Virus record (IMG/VR): IMGVR_UViG_3300027969_000039
Location: 124,001 to 188,000 of that record
DNA length: 64,000 bases
Strand: one strand, 5' to 3'
Positions 47,075 to 57,610 of this stretch are shown here, piece by piece. The position numbers were made by a program, and so were the translations under genes. The stretch's first letter is position 1; every line of letters starts with the position of its first letter. The notes under the pieces were generated by a model, which was not told where the DNA came from, searched no databases, and was given only the letters and a program-made list of their open reading frames with translations.

Positions 47075-48267
47075 TTAAATTTCCTAGTATTACCATAATG
47101 CTTAACTACATGTCCTAACGTTGGAAGCATTTCGCGCCATGGATCAATAAAAGTATAAATTCGTTTTGTTTCTTTTTCCCAATCAATATCTCTTACCCAT
47201 TGCTCCCAGTAACCAATTAAGTACACCTCTGTACTATCTGTTTTTAAATCTAGATCACCGGTATTAACATCATAGTAGTTAACTATTCCGCCGTACTGTT
47301 CTATATAATGTCCTACTAACATACTACCACTTCCGTTAGTATACGGCACACTAGGCTTATATGCTTTTCCTATAATAGTAACATTCTTGCCGTACTGTAA
47401 ACATTTTTTAGCCATGCGATCTGCTTGTACTTCTCGTGCTTTCATTATAGCATCAAATAAGTCATACCCTAAATCTAATCTATCGGCTAGATAACGCAAT
47501 GCAATATTATCCCTTGGATGACATGCACCACCATCTCCCATGCCAGCTTTCATGTATGCAGGCCCAGTGATTCTATGTGTACTTTTTGATAATGCGTTAG
47601 TTACAACATCTACATTAATATTGCCATTTGTTTCAGCAACATCTTGTATCATATTAACTAATGCAACTTTTGTAGATATAAACGTATTATAGAAAATTTT
47701 AATAGACTCGGCTTCATCCCATGTTCCTACTTCATACCTAGGATCATTCTCTATAAACACTTTGTAGAACTCAATCAATTCTTTTGCGTCTCCAGTAATA
47801 CTACCATCATCAGTGCCAATAATAACCATTTCAGGATTTACCATATCCCACTTAGTAGTACCCATAGCTATAAGATATGGGTTGTAAATAAATCTAGCAT
47901 TAGTGATACAAGGTTCTAATATATTACGAACTGTCCCCGGTAACACTGTACTAATCAATACAACTAATTGGTTTTTATTTACATACTTATTAACTTCCAA
48001 TAAGATGTTAGTAACTATAGAATAGTCAAAATCTTTATTAGGCAAATGACTAGTTGGAGTCTCGCCGCCATATATGGGGTCATGCGCGGTGGGTGCTGCA
48101 ATAAAGATAATATCTCTACCTTGTACTGCTTCTTCAATTGTTTTTTTCATAGGAAAAGCAGGATTTCTGTTCTCTACATCATAACCTACTACATCATAAT
48201 GTTGTGCCATAACTTCAGCACACTCTTGCCCTAATTTACCTACCCCAATCATTGATACTGTTGTCAC
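47071..48267 (-). CDS. UDP-glucose/GDP-mannose dehydrogenase family protein
   Basis: GVGKLG Rossmann motif, STV.PGT, YNP, AE..K..YN, GGACHPRD, AYKP. Confidence 0.9.
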   Translation of the reverse strand: MTTVSMIGVGKLGQECAEVMAQHYDVVGYDVENRNPAFPMKKTIEEAVQGRDIIFIAAPTAHDPIYGGETPTSHLPNKDFDYSIVTNILLEVNKYVNKNQLVVLISTVLPGTVRNILEPCITNARFIYNPYLIAMGTTKWDMVNPEMVIIGTDDGSITGDAKELIEFYKVFIENDPRYEVGTWDEAESIKIFYNTFISTKVALVNMIQDVAETNGNINVDVVTNALSKSTHRITGPAYMKAGMGDGGACHPRDNIALRYLADRLDLGYDLFDAIMKAREVQADRMAKKCLQYGKNVTIIGKAYKPSVPYTNGSGSMLVGHYIEQYGGIVNYYDVNTGDLDLKTDSTEVYLIGYWEQWVRDIDWEKETKRIYTFIDPWREMLPTLGHVVKHYGNTRKFK

Positions 48268-48299
48268 AAAATTTCCTTATTTAATATAATGGTTAAAAT

Positions 48300-48312
48300 T
48301 ATTTAGTAAATA
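48300..48312. promoter_or_regulatory. Back-to-back TAAATA late-type promoters
   Basis: tatttag-taaata between divergent genes. Confidence 0.55.
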
Positions 48313-48316
48313 ATAG

Positions 48317-50239
48317 ATGAAGAAAAAGAAAATTAGTTTCGTACAACCCAATTTTCAGCAAGGACCCAAAGAGTTTAATGCTTATTATTTGCCATATTCA
48401 GCCGGGGTGATTTTAAGTTACGCATTGAATGATGAAAAAATCAAAGAATCTTGGAAATTACATCACTTAGTATGGCGCAGGGAACCTATTGATGAATTAG
48501 CATTAAAACTCAGCACCAGTGACCTAGTAGCATTCTCGACTTATGTCTGGAACCATCGTTACAATTATAAATTAGCACATATGATAAAGGTGCTTAATTC
48601 AAAGTGTTTAATTGTTTTTGGTGGACCAGAACCTGCTATTGAAGATACTAAACTGTTTGAGAAAGAACCGTTTATGGATTTAGTAATCAAGATGGAAGGA
48701 GAAGTGACATTCAAGCGTATATTAGAAGATTTTGATTCGGACTATACGCACATACCTGGATTGTTAATTAACTCTCCTAATGGAATGATTAATACCGGAG
48801 ATCCTAACCGCATAAATGAGTTAGATGAGATTCCTAGTCCATACTTGACAGGTATATTTGATAAAATAATTTCAGAAAATCCTAACATAATATGGAACGC
48901 TACACTAGAAACAAATCGCGGTTGTCCCTATGCATGTACATTTTGTGACTGGGGAAGTCTTACCTATAACAAAGTAAAGAAGTTTGATATGCAAAGGGTA
49001 TATGATGAATTAGATTGGATTGGAGAACATTGTGGATTCGTCACTATCACCGATGCTAACTTTGGAATGTTTGTAGAGCGTGACAATGCTATTGTAGATA
49101 AATTAATTGAAGTGCAAAAGAAGTGGGACAATTTAAAAAGTTTCTCAATGACATGGGCAAAAAATCAAAAGAATGAAGTAGTTGATATTGTCAAAAAACT
49201 AATAACTGAATCTCCTAATTTTGGGCAAGGACTTACCGTTAGCGTACAGAGCATGGATCAAGATGTACTAGAAAACATAAAACGCAGGAATCTTGACCAA
49301 CACAAGATTGACGAAATCTTTGCACTATGTGATAAGAATAATATACCAGTATATACAGAATTGATATTAGGTTTACCCGGTGAGACAGTAGAATCATGGA
49401 AAAATGCTTTCTGGAAAATATTCCGTGCGGGCAATCATAATGGAATTAACATTCTACAATGTCAATTACTAGAAAATGCTGAGATGAATTTATTGCAGAA
49501 AAAACTATACAAGTTAGAATCAGTTGCTGTATATGATTATATGAGTGGTAGTTACGGTGACAAAGATTTAAATGAAAGCATTGATGTAGTAGTATCAACA
49601 AAAACTATACCGCATGAATTAATGTTAGATACTCTAGTATGGTCTAGTTTTATACAAACATTTCATATCAATGGGTTGACAACGTACATAGCTAGATACT
49701 TAGCTAAACAAGATATAGACTATTCTGTGTTCTATGAAAATTTATATGAATGGATTAAAAAAGATTCATGGTTTAGATTACAATTCGCAGATACACGCAG
49801 TTATTTTGCTAACTGGATGACCAATGGTAGAATCGATCACCCTAAGATTGGTAACATTGAAGTATTTGGGTGGAACCTTATGCACAGAACTACTCTGTAC
49901 ATGGTCAAAGACAAAATGATTAATTATGTATTTGAATCATTAGATGAATTTTTGCGAGAAACTTATAATATTGAATCTCCTGTTAGAGAACAACTATTAC
50001 AATTCCAAAGAAACTATGTTATTGATTACAGAGACCTAGGTGCTCTGCCACGATATCAAAGTTTTGATTATGATTTTTTAGGATATATTCAAGACAACAG
50101 TAATATAAAAAATAGTGCAATTTATAAATTTGACACTACTGAAGATAAAGATATGAGCCAAGACCGTTTCTTAGAAAATATGTATTTTGGTAGAAAAAGA
50201 AACTTTGGAAAAACTATTATTTCTCGTGCATCAGTTTAG
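48317..50239 (+). CDS. Cobalamin-binding radical SAM enzyme
   Basis: LPYSAG, STYVWN, GGPE, EGE, ETNRGCPYACTFCDW, DANFG, ELILGLPGET. Confidence 0.9.
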   Translation: MKKKKISFVQPNFQQGPKEFNAYYLPYSAGVILSYALNDEKIKESWKLHHLVWRREPIDELALKLSTSDLVAFSTYVWNHRYNYKLAHMIKVLNSKCLIVFGGPEPAIEDTKLFEKEPFMDLVIKMEGEVTFKRILEDFDSDYTHIPGLLINSPNGMINTGDPNRINELDEIPSPYLTGIFDKIISENPNIIWNATLETNRGCPYACTFCDWGSLTYNKVKKFDMQRVYDELDWIGEHCGFVTITDANFGMFVERDNAIVDKLIEVQKKWDNLKSFSMTWAKNQKNEVVDIVKKLITESPNFGQGLTVSVQSMDQDVLENIKRRNLDQHKIDEIFALCDKNNIPVYTELILGLPGETVESWKNAFWKIFRAGNHNGINILQCQLLENAEMNLLQKKLYKLESVAVYDYMSGSYGDKDLNESIDVVVSTKTIPHELMLDTLVWSSFIQTFHINGLTTYIARYLAKQDIDYSVFYENLYEWIKKDSWFRLQFADTRSYFANWMTNGRIDHPKIGNIEVFGWNLMHRTTLYMVKDKMINYVFESLDEFLRETYNIESPVREQLLQFQRNYVIDYRDLGALPRYQSFDYDFLGYIQDNSNIKNSAIYKFDTTEDKDMSQDRFLENMYFGRKRNFGKTIISRASV

Positions 50240-51424
50240 TTGAGTTAAGAATGTAGTTTGATTTAATAACACTTTTTGATTATATTCACAGATTGGTTTA
50301 ACGTTATTTAAGAATTCTGATAACTCATTGGGTTTCAATTCGCACAATCTTTTAATTTCTGCTACTACCTTTAACATCCTTTTAGAGTCATTTAATTCTA
50401 AATCATAACTTTCGTCTATCCATGGGGAGAATGTTTTGTATCCTAACTCTCTTAATTTAATCAAAGAATGGGGAGGAGATACTAACAATGCCGGGTGTTT
50501 ATTTGCTATAGTTTTAAAAACTTTTTCAGTTAAATGCCTACCAAACCCATGGTAACTAACACTTGGTGATCCATCTTCAAACGTATCACTGGTATAATAA
50601 TTAGTCTCAGACACTACACTAAAATAAGTATTTTCATATAGGTAATCAGTAGAGGAATCTAGTATTGCTCGATTTGTAACTAAATCGTTTGTATCGATAT
50701 ACAAATTTGGCATGTTTAATATCTGTTGTTCGTTATTCTTCAAAAGATTAACTATCTCAGGAGTATTTGCGTGACAGCTTAACATACTACTCCAAACAGT
50801 TTGCCATGATCTGTTGTCATCACTTGATGCCATGCTAACATACCCTTTGTCTAGCAAGTTATTAGCATACAATAAACTAACCAGCACTGGGCGATGCAAT
50901 CTCCATCTTCTATTAAAGTTGATAAATTTTTTATTGTATACTTTATCTTTTAGTGTGTTTAGTTCAGTATATCCATCTACAGACATTATCAATTGTTTGT
51001 TAGATTTTATGTCAAACTCCATTATGCGTGTCCATACACATTTCATTTCTTCTACATTATACAATTTGCTAAATTTTCTAATTTCAAATAATATATCTGC
51101 GGACTCTGACATTAAAATAATTTGACTAGGTGGTAGTTTAGCTGTTACAATCAATCCTTCATATACACCTTGAACAACATTGTGAAATGATTCATGGCTA
51201 TTATTTACAACTAATTTAATTTCTCTATTTCTTATTCGTTGTATGTCTCTTGCAGGAATTAAATCTTCAATCGGAAACATTTGAAAAACTGACATATGTT
51301 TAAATTCATAGTAGTAGTAATCACTATCTACAAAATTCAAGTGCTGCCACCATACTGACCCACTACGCAATTCTTTAATACTATCAAGATAGTAAAATGC
51401 ATTGGTGTTTAACATCATTCCCAT
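50231..51424 (-). CDS. Putative glycosyltransferase-like protein (paralog of 46007-47074)
   Basis: FINFNRRWR.HR, YFSVVSET...LTEKVFK...HP...GYKTF. Confidence 0.55.
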   Translation of the reverse strand: MGMMLNTNAFYYLDSIKELRSGSVWWQHLNFVDSDYYYYEFKHMSVFQMFPIEDLIPARDIQRIRNREIKLVVNNSHESFHNVVQGVYEGLIVTAKLPPSQIILMSESADILFEIRKFSKLYNVEEMKCVWTRIMEFDIKSNKQLIMSVDGYTELNTLKDKVYNKKFINFNRRWRLHRPVLVSLLYANNLLDKGYVSMASSDDNRSWQTVWSSMLSCHANTPEIVNLLKNNEQQILNMPNLYIDTNDLVTNRAILDSSTDYLYENTYFSVVSETNYYTSDTFEDGSPSVSYHGFGRHLTEKVFKTIANKHPALLVSPPHSLIKLRELGYKTFSPWIDESYDLELNDSKRMLKVVAEIKRLCELKPNELSEFLNNVKPICEYNQKVLLNQTTFLTQLN

Positions 51425-51425
51425 A

Positions 51426-52670
51426 TTATATCCAATAATCTTTCATATACGGTATATAATCAAATATATTTCTATTACGATGCTTATCTAATGACGTAAC
51501 AAATTTTTGCATTTCTAACCACTTATTGATTCGCAACTCGCTATCAACTTGTTTGTTTATTACAGTATTAAGTATGTTATTAATTGCCGAAGTGTACTTA
51601 TCTCCTAAATTGCGTTCAGCAGATAATTGAATTACTCGTTGTAGAGTATCTTTAGCTTTCTCTTTCATCTCATTTGGCATGTATATAGGATCAAAATAGT
51701 CAGGGTTATTAACACATTGTATGTGCGGGAGACTTTTTAATATGCTTGAATTAGTTTCAATCTGAGTTTCCCACCAATCAATTAAAGTATCCAATGTGAG
51801 CAGGTTCAATGAGATTACAGTATGACTTAATCCAATATGGTAATTGCCATGCTGTTTAGCAATTTCTTTTAAATTATCTAACTGTGATGTTACCTTATTC
51901 CAACTGAAGGGGTATCTAATATATTCATTAATAGGACCTACTCCATCTACACTAATAGTAATATGCTTAGTACTAAAGTGACTCCACAACTCTAACAATT
52001 CATCTGAGACTCCAGTCAAATTAGTTACATATCCTAATGTTATATTTTTTGCTCTACCTTGGTCAATCAATCGTTTTAATAAAAATATATGTGGTTCATT
52101 GATTGTAGGTTCGCCGCCTAAAAACTGTATAGCACTAAGGTTAGGTAAGTTATCAATCAAGTTAGGTATATTTTCTTCAGTAAACCAGTTTGGAGTAATC
52201 CAATCCATTTTTTCACCAGTGATAATCTCTTGTTCTTTTTTCCAAAGTGAACTAGCAGATTCATTACACATTAAACATGCACTATTACATTTATTACCCA
52301 CTGTTATATCTAATAAAAATATATTAGATAAGTCAGGTATAGTAGCAGTAGCAGTATGAAGATTTTTATTTAATCTAGATTCCACACTATCTAACGTATT
52401 ATTGAATATTTGTCTGGTACTAGCTTGTCCATGCTGTTCTCTAGTACGACACATGTTACATATAGGATCCCATTTACCATCTAGTAGTTTTGTTCTTAGC
52501 GATACTAACTCATCATTGTTAAACCATTTTACTACATTATTATCATAGTTCTTTAGTTGATGCCGTGTTTGCCCGGGCCAAAAATAAGTATCTACTGCAC
52601 AACAAGGTCTTATGGTTCCGTCGTATCCAAAACTTATAGAATTTGATGCTAGCGCACAATACAGTGACAT
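51426..52670 (-). CDS. Radical SAM protein, N-terminal twitch/SPASM-like
   Basis: PCC...CxxC; GNKCNSACLMC; LGGEP. Confidence 0.88.
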   Translation of the reverse strand: MSLYCALASNSISFGYDGTIRPCCAVDTYFWPGQTRHQLKNYDNNVVKWFNNDELVSLRTKLLDGKWDPICNMCRTREQHGQASTRQIFNNTLDSVESRLNKNLHTATATIPDLSNIFLLDITVGNKCNSACLMCNESASSLWKKEQEIITGEKMDWITPNWFTEENIPNLIDNLPNLSAIQFLGGEPTINEPHIFLLKRLIDQGRAKNITLGYVTNLTGVSDELLELWSHFSTKHITISVDGVGPINEYIRYPFSWNKVTSQLDNLKEIAKQHGNYHIGLSHTVISLNLLTLDTLIDWWETQIETNSSILKSLPHIQCVNNPDYFDPIYMPNEMKEKAKDTLQRVIQLSAERNLGDKYTSAINNILNTVINKQVDSELRINKWLEMQKFVTSLDKHRNRNIFDYIPYMKDYWI

Positions 52671-53642
52671 TTAAATTTCCTTTGTAATAAGTATATCGGT
52701 TCCGCATGTACATTGCTGCTTTTTACATATCACTGGTTCTGCTACTGTAGTAACAGTATCATATATATTACCCAATGAAGGGCCTTGCCCACAACTTGCA
52801 GCAGTTATATGTCCAGTACTATTTATAAACAAACTTTCATCAACATAGCATTTCCATCCTGAAAAGAAATTTTTACGTTCTGCCACCAGTCTATTACCGT
52901 TCAACGGTTGCTCTGTTTCAGACTCATATACTTCTTTGCTTGCAGTTCGCCATTTACTTCCATTTGGCTTACTAATTTTAGTTTGTGATTCAAATGTATG
53001 TGTCTCAAAGAATTCATACATTCTAGGTTCACTGTATTTCCATGGACCCACATTGACACTAATGTCATCAAACAATGGCACCCATTCTAAATTATAATTT
53101 TGTAAAATAGATTTTACTCTTTCCCCAAACTCAACAACTTCATCAAATCTATTTTCTTGCATCATCATTCTACAGCATAGATAATTTACCTTATCTTGTA
53201 AAAAAATCAAGTTGTCTAAGTACCTAGGAGTATTTGCAAAATCAATATGATAGCTAGCTACAACGTCATGGAACAAGTGATAATTCTCTTTCCACCAGTT
53301 AGTGCTAGTACTCAAATTAGTATTGATTGCAATTTGCGGGTCATCTAGTCGTTCTTTTAACCATTTAATCAATGGTAATAAATGAGGCCAAACAGTAGGC
53401 TCTCCCCCACTAAAGAAGAATTTAAATCCTTTATATCCCCTAGCTTCTTGTGCAGTTAAAATTATGTTTAAATTGTCTACTATCTTATCAAAATCTTTTG
53501 GCTCATTCTTCTTAGGATTTTTGCCTGCCCAGTTACCAGGATTGCAATAACTACATTTAAAATTACAGAAGTCACTTACTTGCCAGGTTATATTGATATA
53601 CGGAGTTTCTACCGGTCTTATCGCTATCAATTTATCATTCAT
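52671..53642 (-). CDS. Radical SAM protein with C-terminal Cys cluster
   Basis: CNFKCSYC; SGGEPT; WKC...SC...C...CTC. Confidence 0.88.
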   Translation of the reverse strand: MNDKLIAIRPVETPYINITWQVSDFCNFKCSYCNPGNWAGKNPKKNEPKDFDKIVDNLNIILTAQEARGYKGFKFFFSGGEPTVWPHLLPLIKWLKERLDDPQIAINTNLSTSTNWWKENYHLFHDVVASYHIDFANTPRYLDNLIFLQDKVNYLCCRMMMQENRFDEVVEFGERVKSILQNYNLEWVPLFDDISVNVGPWKYSEPRMYEFFETHTFESQTKISKPNGSKWRTASKEVYESETEQPLNGNRLVAERKNFFSGWKCYVDESLFINSTGHITAASCGQGPSLGNIYDTVTTVAEPVICKKQQCTCGTDILITKEI

Positions 53643-55000
53643 ATGATATCCTTAAACAATTCAGTACCTTTCAAATTACGATGCTTGTCATTAAACTCAA
53701 TAAAATGTTTTAATCTGTCACTCAACTCGCTATTGTATGGAGAATTTAATACTGAATCTTTATACGCATTAAAAGTATGGTCATCAACTACAAATCTATT
53801 TGGGGCGTCATTGTAATATTTTCTATAATTCATTGATTGTTTGGTAACTATTTCAATATATTCTTCTCTAATGTTTTTAGGAATAGCGTTCAATGAAAGA
53901 AATTCAGGTGCAGATAAAGTTATAGGCCACCACGTTATGTGTTTATCATGTTTAGAAGATAGCAAATACAACATACTCCAAATTGACATAACATGCTTAA
54001 AATTCATAGCTTGTAGTACAGTATAGCATTTTATCTTCCAACCTGGTCGAGTTGATGCTAACTCAACTGCTTTATCTACGTTTTCTCTAACTTTGGCAAA
54101 GTCACTAGGATACCTAATATATTCACCTACTTCACCAACCCCGTCAATACTCATCTGTATTTCAACGTTTTTAAATTTTTCTAACTTACTATAGAATGAT
54201 TGATTCCAAGTTGTCATATTACTAGTAAATTCTATTTGGCAGTCTGTGTTATTTGCTTCCAATAACATTTCAAACATTTTGTAATTAGCTTTAATTAAGG
54301 TAGGTTCACCGCCGGTAGTATATAATCTACGCAAAGTAGGAGCCATCTTTTTAAAATTGTTGTAAAATATTTCAGTTTCAAACCAATCACGAACATCAGT
54401 CTCATTAACTATTTGTTGTTCTGTTTTCCACTTTGACTTTAACCAACTTAATTTTGGATTATCTAAATAATTTTTATCTAAATATTCTGTTCTTTCTTGA
54501 TGTATCAAAGAACTACTCATGCCCCAACAACTAACACATTGTAAGTTACATTGATTGCCTAATCTAAGTTCCAGGCTAACAGGTAATTGTGGTACTGATT
54601 GTTTTTCTAAATTTGCATCTAAATAATTAGATAACAATTTATCTTTTTGTATATATGACAACCACATTGCATTTTGACCCATTCTAGGACTATGTCCTGA
54701 TAGTTTTTCTATTTTGTAGCAATCTTGACAATCAGGAGCACCTTCTCCTTTTATTTTTCTTTCTCTAACATATTGCATATAAATGCTGTCCCATATTTCA
54801 TCAATGTCATGGTATCCTAAATTGTAAGATTTAGCATTTTTATCTGAGACAAAGGTATCTAAAGGAATACTACAGCATAGTTTTATATTACCGTTTGGGT
54901 TAGTGTTTAAATTTAACCATGGCAAAGTACAAAATTTATCTACACTTTTAATAGCCCAATCAAGTTTTTTAGTAACTGGTGCAGTTTCTAATTCATTCAT
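53639..55000 (-). CDS. Radical SAM protein, N-terminal twitch/SPASM-like
   Basis: FCTLPW...LCC...CQDC; GNQCNLQCVSC; TGGEP. Confidence 0.88.
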   Translation of the reverse strand: MNELETAPVTKKLDWAIKSVDKFCTLPWLNLNTNPNGNIKLCCSIPLDTFVSDKNAKSYNLGYHDIDEIWDSIYMQYVRERKIKGEGAPDCQDCYKIEKLSGHSPRMGQNAMWLSYIQKDKLLSNYLDANLEKQSVPQLPVSLELRLGNQCNLQCVSCWGMSSSLIHQERTEYLDKNYLDNPKLSWLKSKWKTEQQIVNETDVRDWFETEIFYNNFKKMAPTLRRLYTTGGEPTLIKANYKMFEMLLEANNTDCQIEFTSNMTTWNQSFYSKLEKFKNVEIQMSIDGVGEVGEYIRYPSDFAKVRENVDKAVELASTRPGWKIKCYTVLQAMNFKHVMSIWSMLYLLSSKHDKHITWWPITLSAPEFLSLNAIPKNIREEYIEIVTKQSMNYRKYYNDAPNRFVVDDHTFNAYKDSVLNSPYNSELSDRLKHFIEFNDKHRNLKGTELFKDII

Positions 55001-55034
55001 AATATTTTTAATTCATTCATAATATTTTTAATTC
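54990..55034. repeat. Exact 20-bp tandem duplication at a gene junction
   Basis: attcattcataatattttta twice plus a partial copy. Confidence 0.9.
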
Positions 55035-56219
55035 CGGATAAATTTCTATAAATTTTTCATTTCTAACTTCATCAATGACTGTTATTTGTTTTTTAAATTC
55101 AGATAACAGATTAGTATGATCTACACTATCCATATAACTTACTATTCCTTTTACATCATGTATGATGTTGTCTTTTGCATTATTCTTAACTAACCAATCA
55201 CAATATTCTTCATACAGTTGTCTAATTTTTTCTTTCTCATCTTCTGGTAAAATAGTAATTGAAAAGTATCTTGGATGTGTCAAAATATTTATTCGTATGT
55301 TATTGATGTCCAATAATCCTTCTTCTACCCATGATTTATGAAACTCAAACAAACTATGCACACTAAAGATACCTACAGTAGGGGTGATTTCGAAATAAAC
55401 ATCTGGACAAAGCATTATCATTTGTTGTCTGTTTAGTACTATGTCATCCCAGTTAGTTCCTTTCCTAGCATATTCAGCTATCTTGCCGTGCGTATCTAAA
55501 CTAGCAGCGACACGAACATCTTTGAACTTTTTCCAATAATCAAGTATAGACTTGTCCTTGTAACGGAAATTACTAAAGTTAGTTGTATATCTTAACTTGA
55601 TATGTGTAAGACCTTTTGACAACCAGTAATCTAGTATCTCATAATGTTGGGGAGTTATCAATGCTTCGCCTCCGGCAAAATACACTTCTTCTATCGTATC
55701 TAAATGCGGCATTAAATCATTCATAAAGTTAGGATTAGATTTTAAATCAATGAATTTCTTTGTTACTGATTCTGGGTGCAATTTTACTTGATCATCATAC
55801 CAACTGCTACTCAAGCTAGGACCGCATGTCCTGCATTTCATGTTGCATAAATTACTGAATCTAATATCTAAGTATCTCATTTTAAAGTCATCAATGCTAC
55901 CATCTTCTTTAGTTTCAGTTAAGTAAGGTAAATGATTTTTAAAACTTTGTAAACTGTTTTTACGCAACGTCCAACTGTCTGCGGTATCTTCTAACTCATA
56001 ACACCGTGAACATGCTGTAGGTTTTTCTCCATTAAGCATTTGTTTTCGTATGGTTTTATAGTTGGTATTGTTCATCAAATCATTAAGAGATTCTTTATGA
56101 ACATTCCCAAATACTTCTTTAGTATCACTCATGCAACATGGAAACGCATCGCCGTTAGGCCATATGTGTGTATGTATCCATGGCATCAAACAAATAACAT
56201 TTTGATCAATATTTTTCAT
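55017..56219 (-). CDS. Radical SAM protein, N-terminal twitch/SPASM-like
   Basis: CLMPW...PCC...CSRC; SNLCNMKCRTC; AGGE. Confidence 0.9.
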   Translation of the reverse strand: MKNIDQNVICLMPWIHTHIWPNGDAFPCCMSDTKEVFGNVHKESLNDLMNNTNYKTIRKQMLNGEKPTACSRCYELEDTADSWTLRKNSLQSFKNHLPYLTETKEDGSIDDFKMRYLDIRFSNLCNMKCRTCGPSLSSSWYDDQVKLHPESVTKKFIDLKSNPNFMNDLMPHLDTIEEVYFAGGEALITPQHYEILDYWLSKGLTHIKLRYTTNFSNFRYKDKSILDYWKKFKDVRVAASLDTHGKIAEYARKGTNWDDIVLNRQQMIMLCPDVYFEITPTVGIFSVHSLFEFHKSWVEEGLLDINNIRINILTHPRYFSITILPEDEKEKIRQLYEEYCDWLVKNNAKDNIIHDVKGIVSYMDSVDHTNLLSEFKKQITVIDEVRNEKFIEIYPELKIL

Positions 56220-57610
56220 AATGGATTAAGTTGGTTGGTAGATTGGCACAATCTATAAAAATCTAACATTTCAGGAAATATAGCTAACATATCAGTCTCC
56301 CTGCGTTCATCTAATTCGTTGAACCAATTATAGAAATCTCTACGTCCTTCTATTAATTTGTTTTCTGGATAAACTGTCTCTGCCATATAATCTACTACAC
56401 GTTTAAACTTTTCATATTCAACCGTAGTAAATTTATTGCTAGCATTATCATCTACGTTTTCTTCCATGAACTTCAATGCATCGTGCATATAAGGCATAAA
56501 TTTATCTTTAGGCAATATGTTCATATCGTATTGAATTGGTTCACGCAGATATGGGGTATCAAATCTAATACGATGACTTTTTGTATCTTCATACCAATTA
56601 TATTGCTGACGCCATTCTAAGAATTTAGCCAAATACTCTTTAAACGTAGTTACACTAAAGATATTAAACGTAATCATAAATGTGATTGGGCTATCTGTGC
56701 GTTGTAAGTATGCGTGAAAATTCTTTTCCCACAATTCTAAGTCTAGTCCAGTACGAATATATTCGGCACGAGGTCCCCAGGTGTCTAGACTAGTGAACAA
56801 CTTAAATGCACGGATTTTTCCATCGTCACACAACTGTTTAACATTGTCACTTAGTTTCTCAACCAGACTTGTTTTAGTACCTAGGTTACTGTTGATATTT
56901 AACTCTAACCATGGCATAGGTTGATTGTCAATCTCTTTCAATAACTTCCATGTACTAGTGTGCATTGTAGGTTCGCCACCTGTTACACGCATGATATTCA
57001 ATGTCTTACGTAATTCAGGCCACCATTTCCAAAATGCGTCAACGTATGGATTTTCTTCTTCACGCTGATATAGTTTCATCCAATCAATATCGCAACGATG
57101 ATTCTTAACTGTAGTAACAGGACCGTTATTTTTTATTTCATTGTAAAAACTAGTAGAGTACTTCGGATGACAATATCCGCATTTGAAATTACACTCATTA
57201 CCAAAATTAATCTCTATGTATTCCGGGTTAATGTTTTGATCCCATGGACCTTCTACTGTTTGTTTATAGCGTTCTTCGTTGAATATTGAAGCATTACGAA
57301 TGTGCCTGTCACTAATATAGTCAGGGCCCATTGCTTCAATGTTCCAGCAATATTGACATCCAGTTGGCTTACTACCTTCAAGCATTTCTTTACGCTCAAG
57401 TTTCTTATGCATTGTATTATGCAATGCTGATGGGTTATCAGCTAATTCACTTAAGGGAATTTTGTGTGGTTTGGGATGATAGCAACTATGTGTCTCACCT
57501 GATTGCAAGTACATAGTTACATGGTGCCACTTAGCTAAACAAAAAGAAGGGGTGGTTTCATTCGCAATCTTAATCTTAATGTCTTGAATTCTTTGGTGTT
57601 CACTACTCAT
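56216..57610 (-). CDS. Radical SAM protein, N-terminal Cys/His-rich
   Basis: FCLAKW...HSCYHP...CQYC; GNECNFKCGYC; TGGEP. Confidence 0.88.
   Translation of the reverse strand: MSSEHQRIQDIKIKIANETTPSFCLAKWHHVTMYLQSGETHSCYHPKPHKIPLSELADNPSALHNTMHKKLERKEMLEGSKPTGCQYCWNIEAMGPDYISDRHIRNASIFNEERYKQTVEGPWDQNINPEYIEINFGNECNFKCGYCHPKYSTSFYNEIKNNGPVTTVKNHRCDIDWMKLYQREEENPYVDAFWKWWPELRKTLNIMRVTGGEPTMHTSTWKLLKEIDNQPMPWLELNINSNLGTKTSLVEKLSDNVKQLCDDGKIRAFKLFTSLDTWGPRAEYIRTGLDLELWEKNFHAYLQRTDSPITFMITFNIFSVTTFKEYLAKFLEWRQQYNWYEDTKSHRIRFDTPYLREPIQYDMNILPKDKFMPYMHDALKFMEENVDDNASNKFTTVEYEKFKRVVDYMAETVYPENKLIEGRRDFYNWFNELDERRETDMLAIFPEMLDFYRLCQSTNQLNPL

Noticed and set aside
51426-57610. Calling one of the radical SAM proteins PqqE, making a phage PQQ/RiPP pathway with pqqA
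   Set aside because: None shows a recognisable PqqE layout (N-terminal rSAM core plus full C-terminal SPASM), and no PqqD/RRE, PqqB or PqqC is seen; the proximity is suggestive only
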